Part shown: one piece after another, positions 39,620 to 46,532 of the stretch
Layout: each line of letters begins with the position of its first letter
Numbering within the stretch: the first letter of the stretch is position 1
Assembly: GCA_964554065.1 (NCBI GenBank)
Contig: CAZKMQ010000001.1
Span: forward strand, 1 to 46,532
Reading direction: 5' to 3'
DNA length: 46,532 nt
Origin: an uncultured Gammaproteobacteria bacterium
GTDB taxonomy: Bacteria; Patescibacteriota; Patescibacteriia; Magasanikbacterales; JBBTQS01
Translations under genes and position numbers: made by a program
The notes under the pieces: model-generated
Told to the model about the DNA's origin: nothing
The model's input: only the letters and a program-made list of their open reading frames with translations
The model's database searches: none

Positions 39620-41128
39620 ATGTCAAGTGAAAAAACCTACTACGTTACTACGCCGATCTACTACATTAATGATCGTCCGCACATTGGTCATGCATACACT
39701 ACGATAGTGGCAGATATTATGGCACGGTGGAATCGCATGCAAGGAAAGGATGTGTTTTTTGCAGTAGGAACAGATGAAAATTCACAAAAAAGCGTTGAAG
39801 CAGCAAGTGCTGCAAATGTTGAAGCAGTGCAAACTTATGTTAACGAAATGTCAGCTGTTTGGAAGCAAACATGGGATGCACTAGATATGACTAATACTGA
39901 TTTTATTCGCACTACTGAGCCACGCCACTTGGCTGCAGTAGTTGAGTTCTACAATCGATCGTTTGCAAAGGGTGACATTTATAAGAGTAAGTATGTTGGA
40001 CTTTATTGCGTAGGTTGTGAAGCTTATAAGAAGCCTTCAGATCTTGATGATAGTGGCAAATGTCCTGATCATGCACGTAAGCCTAAGGAGCTTAAAGAGG
40101 AAAATTATTTTTTTAAGCTTACCAAGTATCGTGAACCATTATTAAAATATATCGAGGACAATCCAGAATTTATTCAGCCGAAGTCACGCCGAAACGAGAT
40201 TGTGAATTATGTGAAAGATAATATGGAGGATATAAGCATCTCCCGCAAGTCGCAGGATTGGGGAATCCCAGTCCCTAATGATGATTCACAAGTGTTGTAT
40301 GTATGGTTTGATGCACTGATTAACTATATCTCAATTATTGGCTTTGCAACCGATGACGAATTGTTTGCAAAATATTGGCCAGCTGATTTACATATTGTTG
40401 GTAAGGACATAACGAAGTTCCATTGCGCGTTATGGCCGGCAATGTTAATGAGCGCAGATATTGAATTGCCTAACCAAGTGTACGCGCATGGATTCTTTAC
40501 TATTGATGGACAGAAGATGAGTAAGACATTAGGTAATGTGATTGATCCAGCTGATGTTGGCACAGTATTTGGACTTGATGCATTAAGATATTTTCTTATT
40601 CGTGAAATTAAGTTTGGAGAGGATGGAGACTTTTCGCTTGAGCGGCTAAAAAATAGATATCATGAGGATCTAGCCAATGAGCTAGGCAATCTTGCATCTC
40701 GCATATTGAAAATGATAGAACAATTTGCTGAGGGAAAAATCCCAGAAGGGAAAGGATTTGCAACTAAGCCGTCATGGGATGAGCACATTGCAAAGATGGA
40801 AACCAAAGACTTTTTCGGTGCTATTGAACATATTTGGAGTATTATTCGTGATACAAATAAGTCGATCACTGAGAATAAGCCGTGGGAACTAGCAAAATCC
40901 AAAGACAAAGAGTTAGATTCTGTGCTATACTATTTAGCAGATACGCTGTATCATCTTGCATGGCTTTTGCATCCAATTACACCTGATACATCTGCAGCAA
41001 TCCTTACACAATTGGGATGTGATATGGCAAAAGAACATAATCAGTTGTTTTCTGATTTGCAAACCGCGCATGTGTCTTCTGGACAGCAGATTGGTGAGAT
41101 AACTATACTTTTTCCAAAAGTTGAATAG
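39620..41128 (+). CDS. metG: Methionine--tRNA ligase
   Basis: It has 'TTPIYYINDRPHIGHAYT' (the HIGH motif), the Zn knuckle 'CVGCEAYKK...CPDH' and 'KMSKTLGN' (the KMSKS motif). I chose the ATG at 39620 ('MSSEKTYYV'). The ORF-track GTG at 39503 would add a non-homologous extension across the structured leader. Confidence 0.93.
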   Translation: MSSEKTYYVTTPIYYINDRPHIGHAYTTIVADIMARWNRMQGKDVFFAVGTDENSQKSVEAASAANVEAVQTYVNEMSAVWKQTWDALDMTNTDFIRTTEPRHLAAVVEFYNRSFAKGDIYKSKYVGLYCVGCEAYKKPSDLDDSGKCPDHARKPKELKEENYFFKLTKYREPLLKYIEDNPEFIQPKSRRNEIVNYVKDNMEDISISRKSQDWGIPVPNDDSQVLYVWFDALINYISIIGFATDDELFAKYWPADLHIVGKDITKFHCALWPAMLMSADIELPNQVYAHGFFTIDGQKMSKTLGNVIDPADVGTVFGLDALRYFLIREIKFGEDGDFSLERLKNRYHEDLANELGNLASRILKMIEQFAEGKIPEGKGFATKPSWDEHIAKMETKDFFGAIEHIWSIIRDTNKSITENKPWELAKSKDKELDSVLYYLADTLYHLAWLLHPITPDTSAAILTQLGCDMAKEHNQLFSDLQTAHVSSGQQIGEITILFPKVE

Positions 41129-41133
41129 GAATT

Positions 41134-41742
41134 ATGTGGCATCATTTATTTAATCCAGACGTCTTGCTGTACGTGATTCTTTTTGGTTTTGCGCTTTTTG
41201 GATGGTGGATGGGTGTAATACATGCAATTGGGTCGCTCGTAGGAGTTGTTGCCGGTGCGTTTGCTGCAAGTCATTACAATCAACAAGCTACTGATTGGTT
41301 CCTGTCACATGTAAATTTCCCAGAAGGGGTAGCGCATGTGATTGTTTTTTTCCTTACGTTCTTTCTGGTCAATCGTGCGGTTGGATTTGTATTCTGGATT
41401 ATAGATAAGTCACTTGATTTCGCGCGGTTTGTTCCTTTTATAAAATCAGTGAACCGAATGTTGGGTGCAATTTTCGGATTTGTTGAAGGGGTGCTTGTAC
41501 TTGGGCTCGGAATCGCGTATCTTAGCGCATTTCCTTTTGGTGCAGGAGTTGCTGAGTTCTTTGCCGATTCAACAGTGGCGCCATGGCTTGTTGATTCAGC
41601 ACGGTTGTTGTATCCTTTGTTCCCAGAAGCGTGGGATAAAGTGCAGGGCTTGTTTGAGGATCCAATCGCAGCACCTACTGTTCCAACTGAGCTTCCGGAC
41701 ATTAATATAAATATTCCAATTGAACTTCCGGTTCCAGAATAA
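41134..41742 (+). CDS. CvpA-family membrane protein
   Basis: The 202-aa ORF has 4 TM helices, and its Gly-rich N-terminal helices 'GVIHAIGSLVGVVAGAFAA' resemble CvpA. The C-terminal tail is Pro/Ile-rich. Confidence 0.65.
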   Translation: MWHHLFNPDVLLYVILFGFALFGWWMGVIHAIGSLVGVVAGAFAASHYNQQATDWFLSHVNFPEGVAHVIVFFLTFFLVNRAVGFVFWIIDKSLDFARFVPFIKSVNRMLGAIFGFVEGVLVLGLGIAYLSAFPFGAGVAEFFADSTVAPWLVDSARLLYPLFPEAWDKVQGLFEDPIAAPTVPTELPDININIPIELPVPE

Positions 41743-41743
41743 T

Positions 41744-42595
41744 ATGAAACTCGTTGACACACACTGTCACGTACATTTCAACGCATATAAGACGGACATG
41801 CACGACGTGGTCCGTCGTTCTTTAGATAAAGAAACACTAATGATTACAGTTGGAACGCAAAAGGACACAAGCAAGTCTGGAATTGAACTAGCGCAGCAGT
41901 ATGATGGTCTTTATGCAAGTGTTGCGTTGCATCCGAATCACTTGTTTCCTGTGTTTATAGATGAGGATGAGGTTCCGTTCAAGACGCGCGAAGAAGATTT
42001 TGATTATGAATATTATAAAAAATTAGCCGAGCACCCAAAAGTAGTTGCAATAGGTGAGTGTGGATTAGATTGGTATCGCATTCCGGATAATCGCGATATC
42101 GAGGAAGTTAAGGAAAAACAGTTTAGAGTATTTCGCCAGCATTTGGATTTGTGTGAGGAAGTGGGTCTGCCGGTGATTGTACATTGTCGTGATGCACATG
42201 ATGAGTGTGCGGATATTTTGAAAGAATATTTGGACGCTGGTAAATTATCTCGGCGTGGAGTAATTCATTGCTTTACCGGAACTTTAGAAGAAGCACAGCG
42301 CTATCATGATATGGGATTTATTACTTCATTCACAGGTATAATTACATTTCCACCAAAAAAATCCTCAGGTGAAGCCTTGAGTGATTTACAAAGAGTTGTT
42401 AAAGAAACACCACTTGAATATATGATGCTTGAAACTGATGCGCCGTATTTAACGCCAATACCGTATCGTGGAAAGCGCAATGAGCCTTGGTATGTAAGAT
42501 ATGTGGCGGAAAAAGTCGCTGAGCTAAAAGGCATCTCAGTAGAGGAGGTTGCAACTAAAACCACTGCAACAGCAAAGCGGATATTCAATATATAA
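41744..42595 (+). CDS. tatD: TatD-family metal-dependent hydrolase
   Basis: It has 'LVDTHCHVHF', 'AIGECGLDWY', 'PVIVHCRDA' and 'METDAPYLTP'. I chose the ATG at 41744. Confidence 0.92.
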   Translation: MKLVDTHCHVHFNAYKTDMHDVVRRSLDKETLMITVGTQKDTSKSGIELAQQYDGLYASVALHPNHLFPVFIDEDEVPFKTREEDFDYEYYKKLAEHPKVVAIGECGLDWYRIPDNRDIEEVKEKQFRVFRQHLDLCEEVGLPVIVHCRDAHDECADILKEYLDAGKLSRRGVIHCFTGTLEEAQRYHDMGFITSFTGIITFPPKKSSGEALSDLQRVVKETPLEYMMLETDAPYLTPIPYRGKRNEPWYVRYVAEKVAELKGISVEEVATKTTATAKRIFNI

Positions 42596-42607
42596 GATAA
42601 AAAAGAA

Positions 42608-42639
42608 CATGACCAGCAGAACGACGAATCTGCTGGTCA
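42608..42639. terminator. Hairpin between convergent genes (terminator candidate)
   Basis: ATGACCAGCAG pairs perfectly with CTGCTGGTCAT (11 bp) across a 10-nt loop. The 3' U-tract (TGTTGTGTT) is only weak. Confidence 0.45.
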
Positions 42640-42655
42640 TTGTTGTGTTGATGGG

Positions 42656-43009
42656 TCAGATACCACCAAGCGGAGTGTTGCTGATATCACGTGTCTCCTT
42701 GTAGACAGTAAGTCCACGTTCAGTGATGATGAGTTTGCCAAATGGATTAATTACTATCCATCCTTCATGTGCGAGAAAGGTGACAGCACCGCTCACCTGG
42801 TCAGTGTTGTACCTACCACCTTCTAGATGGGCAACGAGCAAGGCAATTGTAGCCTTGTCAATCCCGATGCGCCATCGATGTGGCTCGCGTATTGCTTTGA
42901 GAATTCTCCTCTGAAAACGGGTTATCGGGTGTGTTAAACTCAATTGACCTCTTAGGGCTTTGGAAAATCCACCCAGGTTAAGTATTCTAGTTTTTTTGTT
43001 TGTTGTCAA
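42656..43009 (-). CDS. Hypothetical protein, winged-helix-like
   Basis: In this 117-aa ORF, 'FQRRILKAI...GIDKATIALLVAH...VSGAVTFLAHEGWIV..GKLIITERG' has the helix-turn-helix-wing spacing of MarR/PadR-like wHTH proteins. That is judged by eye. GC is higher than in its neighbours. Confidence 0.5.
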   Translation of the reverse strand: MTTNKKTRILNLGGFSKALRGQLSLTHPITRFQRRILKAIREPHRWRIGIDKATIALLVAHLEGGRYNTDQVSGAVTFLAHEGWIVINPFGKLIITERGLTVYKETRDISNTPLGGI

Positions 43010-43040
43010 GTGAATGGCGCAGTTTTAATTTAAATATTCC

Positions 43041-43069
43041 TTGACATATACCCTAGATTTAGGTACAAT
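43041..43069 (+). promoter_or_regulatory. Consensus sigma-70 promoter of the ATP synthase operon
   Basis: TTGACA (43041-43046), exactly a 17-nt spacer and TACAAT (43064-43069). It lies about 30 nt upstream of atpZ. Confidence 0.6.
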
Positions 43070-43097
43070 ACCCGCGTTCTAATTCTCATTACATCCT

Positions 43098-43352
43098 GTG
43101 AAAAACAACGATCAGCGCTATTATTGGTTCGCAATGCGAATATTTGGTGAGTTCACCACAATAATTGCGATTCCAGTTGTGGTTTTTGCCCTAATTGGGT
43201 CAAAACTTGGTAAAATCTATGGTCATGAGCCATGGTTTGTCTTAGCAGGATTTGTGATTGCTGGTCTGATTTCAGGCACAATCATACACAAAAAGGCGCA
43301 TCGCCTGGGTAAGGAGTTTGATAAGATAGATAAGAAAACTGGGGATAAGTAA
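43098..43352 (+). CDS. AtpZ/AtpI-like small membrane protein of the F-ATPase operon
   Basis: An 84-aa ORF with a GTG start, two TM helices and 'YYWFAMRIFGEF'. It is the first gene of the atp operon. Confidence 0.65.
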   Translation: MKNNDQRYYWFAMRIFGEFTTIIAIPVVVFALIGSKLGKIYGHEPWFVLAGFVIAGLISGTIIHKKAHRLGKEFDKIDKKTGDK

Positions 43353-43355
43353 GAT

Positions 43356-44162
43356 ATGCAGATACCGTTGGCCGCTGAGCCGATCGCACATATTGGAAGC
43401 TTTCCAATAACCAACTCAATGATAAACGCGTGGATCGCCATTGCATTATTTTTGATTGTTGGCTTTATTGTAAAGCGTCGCAAATCACTGGTTCCGCGCG
43501 GGTTTATCAACTTTATTGAGGCAATTGTTGAGTTTATGGTTGATTTTATCGAAGGGTTGCTTGGTGATCGTCAAAAGGCATTGCAATTTTTCCCAATTGT
43601 TGGTTCATTGTTCCTATTTATTCTAATTTCAAACTGGATGGGGCTGTTACCAGGAACCGGAAGCATTGGTATTTGGGAAATGCATCATGGTGAAATTGTG
43701 TTAGTGCCGTTTTTGCGGCCAATTGGTTCAGATTTGAACATGACATTGGCAATGGCAGTATTCTCAGTAATTGGCGCGAACTTATTTGGCATTATGACCA
43801 TTGGATTTTTCAAGCACATTGGAAAATTTATTCAACTCGGTGTGCTTTGGAAAAGTTTGCGCAAAGGTCCACTAGCGATTTTTGTGGCGATCATTGAAAT
43901 GTTTGTTGGATTAATTGAGATTATTGGTGAGATTGCAAAAATGGTTTCATTGTCTTTGCGTTTGTTTGGTAATATTTTTGCCGGAGAAATCTTGCTAACA
44001 GTTATGATCAGCTTAGTTGCATATCTGGTACCAATTCCATTTATGTTCCTTGAAGTGATTGTTGGATTTGTACAGGCACTGGTATTTGCCGGCTTAACAT
44101 TGGTATACTTGATGACCGCAACTTCACTGCCGCATGGTGATGAAGAGGCAGGAGCGCATTAA
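43356..44162 (+). CDS. atpB: F0F1 ATP synthase subunit a
   Basis: It carries the motif 'LSLRLFGNIFAGE', which contains the essential Arg, and has multiple TM helices. Confidence 0.92.
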   Translation: MQIPLAAEPIAHIGSFPITNSMINAWIAIALFLIVGFIVKRRKSLVPRGFINFIEAIVEFMVDFIEGLLGDRQKALQFFPIVGSLFLFILISNWMGLLPGTGSIGIWEMHHGEIVLVPFLRPIGSDLNMTLAMAVFSVIGANLFGIMTIGFFKHIGKFIQLGVLWKSLRKGPLAIFVAIIEMFVGLIEIIGEIAKMVSLSLRLFGNIFAGEILLTVMISLVAYLVPIPFMFLEVIVGFVQALVFAGLTLVYLMTATSLPHGDEEAGAH

Positions 44163-44205
44163 TGAGTTGAATGGATATCGTGATAAAGTCGCGGTATGCA
44201 CGTAA

Positions 44206-44487
<282 letters not shown>

Positions 44488-44542
44488 ATCAAAATGTTTC
44501 TGTGGTGCTGGAATTGCGGCGCCACAACTAACCTTTTGATAT

Positions 44543-45097
44543 ATGATAGATATTGCATATGCAGCAGAGGTAGCGCATGAAGCCGCAAAAGTGGCAGAAA
44601 CCGCGTCACCACTAGGACAATTCGGAGTTAATGGCAAGATGTTTATTGCACAGCTTGTTAACTTTGTAATTGTGCTTTTGATTTTGTGGAAATGGGTTTT
44701 CACGCCGACATTGAAGACCTTGAAAGAACGCACAGACAAGATTGAAAAATCATTAGACGAGGCCGCGGCTATTGAAAAAGAGCGCCGCTCACTTGAGGCG
44801 GAAAAAGTAGAAGAACTATACAAAGCGCGTGAGCAAGGTAAAGAAGTAATCGCCTTAGCTAAATCAAAGTCAGACAAGATAGCTGATGTTATGCGCATTA
44901 AGGCAAAACAAGAAGTAGCAGAAGTGGTTGCTGGCGCAAAAGCGCAAATTGCGCAAGAGCGTGAGCAAATGAAAGCAGAATTGCGTGAGGAAACCATGGT
45001 GCTTGCGGTAGCTGTTGCAGAGAAAGTTTTGGCAAAAAAACTGGATAAAAATGCAGATGCAGAATTGATTAAGCAAGCACTCAAGGAAGTGAAATAA
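44543..45097 (+). CDS. atpF: F0F1 ATP synthase subunit b
   Basis: It has a single N-terminal TM 'FIAQLVNFVIVLLILWKWVF' followed by a long charged Ala/Glu/Lys helix. Confidence 0.85.
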   Translation: MIDIAYAAEVAHEAAKVAETASPLGQFGVNGKMFIAQLVNFVIVLLILWKWVFTPTLKTLKERTDKIEKSLDEAAAIEKERRSLEAEKVEELYKAREQGKEVIALAKSKSDKIADVMRIKAKQEVAEVVAGAKAQIAQEREQMKAELREETMVLAVAVAEKVLAKKLDKNADAELIKQALKEVK

Positions 45098-45098
45098 T

Positions 45099-45482
45099 AT
45101 GCGGAGTACACCAGCACAACTTGGTAAAGGGTTGTATGCGCTAACGCTTGGGCTTTCTCGCAATGAGCAAGAAGGAGTAGTTGCGCAATTTGCCACATTG
45201 CTCAAGCGTTCAGGAAAACTGCATTGGGCAAAGCGCATAATTAAATCATTTGTACAGTATAGTGAAGAACAAGAAAAGCGCGGGCAGGCAGAGGTAGTTG
45301 TTGCGCACGCACTAGCAGATCATGAACAAAAAGAGTTGAAACAGCAGTTGACCAAAGCATTGGGTGCAGAAGATGTTATTATTCGTGTAGATGAATCATT
45401 GTTAGGAGGGGCTAAAATAACTAAAGGGTTTACCATTATTGACGCAAGCGCTAAAGGACAGCTTGAACGCATGCATAACTAA
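45099..45482 (+). CDS. atpH: F0F1 ATP synthase subunit delta (short form)
   Basis: The call rests on its position between atpF and atpA and on the C-terminal 'LLGGAKITKGFTIIDASAKGQLERM'. It is only 127 aa. Confidence 0.7.
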   Translation: MRSTPAQLGKGLYALTLGLSRNEQEGVVAQFATLLKRSGKLHWAKRIIKSFVQYSEEQEKRGQAEVVVAHALADHEQKELKQQLTKALGAEDVIIRVDESLLGGAKITKGFTIIDASAKGQLERMHN

Positions 45483-45488
45483 ACTAAT

Positions 45489-46532
45489 ATGAGTACGAAA
45501 CAAATTGTAGAATCATTACAAAAACAAATCGCAGCTTTTGACAAAAAAGCTGATGTTCAAGAAGTTGGAACAGTCATTGAAGTTGGTGATGGTGTTGCAC
45601 GCATGAGCGGTTTGGACACCTGCACATCAATGGAAATGCTTGAGTTTAGCTCAGGTGCTGCTGGCGTTGCTCTGAACCTGGAGGAAGAAACTGTTGGTGC
45701 GATTGTTTTGGGAGATACCACTACTATTAAAGAAGGAGATACAGTTAAGCGAACAAAGAAGATTTTGTCTGTGCCAGTTGGAGAAGGATTGCTCGGGCGT
45801 GTTGTTAATCCACTTGGTGAACCAAAAGATGGTAAAGGTGCTATTGATTTGAAGGAAACCTATCCAATTGAGAAAATCGCTCCAGGTGTGATGAAACGTG
45901 AGCCTGTTGATACACCTGTACAAACCGGTGTAAAAGCAATTGATTCAATGATTCCAATTGGCCGTGGTCAGCGTGAGCTTATTATTGGTGATCGTCAGAC
46001 CGGAAAAACTGCAATTGCTGTGGATACAATCATTAATCAGCGTGATTCAGATATGGTTTGTATTTATGTGGCAATTGGGCAAAAAGAATCTAAGGTTGCG
46101 CGTATTGTTGCCAAGCTTGAAGAAGCCGGTGCAATGAAAAATACAATCGTGGTTGTGGCCGGAGCATCAGATCCTGCCTCACTTTCATTTATCGCACCAT
46201 ATTCCGGTTGTGCAATGGGTGAGTATTTCATGGACAAAGGACAAGATGTACTGGTTGTGTATGATGATTTGACTAAGCAAGCCTGGGCATATCGTGAAGT
46301 ATCACTTCTGCTTCGTCGTCCACCAGGACGTGAGGCATATCCTGGAGATGTTTTCTATCTGCATTCACGATTGCTTGAGCGCGCTGCGAAAATGAGTAAG
46401 GAAAATGGCGGAGGATCACTAACTGCTTTGCCAATTATTGAAACACAGTCAGGTGATGTATCTGCATATATTCCAACAAACGTAATTTCAATTACTGATG
46501 GACAGATTTATTTGGAATCAGACTTGTTCTAT
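45489..46532 (+). CDS. atpA: F0F1 ATP synthase subunit alpha (partial, runs off window end)
   Basis: The ATG at 45489 gives '[14 protein letters not shown]...[16 protein letters not shown]'. The Walker A motif '[11 protein letters not shown]' and '[20 protein letters not shown]' are present. The frame stays open to position 46532. Confidence 0.95.
   Translation, partial: MSTKQIVESLQKQIAAFDKKADVQEVGTVIEVGDGVARMSGLDTCTSMEMLEFSSGAAGVALNLEEETVGAIVLGDTTTIKEGDTVKRTKKILSVPVGEGLLGRVVNPLGEPKDGKGAIDLKETYPIEKIAPGVMKREPVDTPVQTGVKAIDSMIPIGRGQRELIIGDRQTGKTAIAVDTIINQRDSDMVCIYVAIGQKESKVARIVAKLEEAGAMKNTIVVVAGASDPASLSFIAPYSGCAMGEYFMDKGQDVLVVYDDLTKQAWAYREVSLLLRRPPGREAYPGDVFYLHSRLLERAAKMSKENGGGSLTALPIIETQSGDVSAYIPTNVISITDGQIYLESDLFY

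Noticed and set aside
41280-41762. A 160-aa minus-strand ORF
   Set aside because: It is antisense to the CvpA-like membrane protein. Its composition is typical of a shadow ORF and it has no translation signals.

Overview
This is a gene-dense, mostly plus-strand housekeeping segment with about 63 protein genes and 2 tRNAs. I found no rRNA, CRISPR array, transposase or integrase. GC looks roughly 40 percent by eye and long ORFs read intact under the standard code. The gene set includes pilD, ligA, gatCA, a fused double LOG protein, lgt, dsbA-VKOR, dnaG-rpoD, a CNNM transporter, cyclophilin, PGI/PMI, gpsA and a grx-sod-prx cluster. It also includes an Rrf2-NifS-NifU-ferredoxin module, rsmI, metG-cvpA-tatD and atpZ-B-E-F-H-A. 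This content and the compact organisation suggest a small-genome Candidate Phyla Radiation (Patescibacteria-like) bacterium, which is an inference I cannot verify here. The items most worth a second look are listed below.
1. A tRNA-Asn(GUU) gene is split in its anticodon loop by a 239-nt ORF-less group I (IC3-like) intron (14890-15200).
2. Two adjacent, equal-length (293 aa) divergent paralogs of unknown function share a conserved N-terminal motif and a triple C-terminal G-x-L-S-L motif (16878-18642).
3. A roughly 1.6-kb GC-rich two-gene island encodes diderm-type envelope proteins, one a signal-peptide beta-barrel and one YceB/DUF1439-like. It is driven by a consensus promoter with a ~200-nt leader (20836-22494).
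4. A structured ~190-nt leader lies upstream of an SD-less metG. It has crossing long-range helices, a T-box-like GUGGUAC element, a hairpin-embedded SD and a Met-containing uORF (39426-39619).
5. Several higher-GC, minus-strand orphan genes are wedged between conserved plus-strand operons.
All product calls come from motif recognition by eye. No searches were run.
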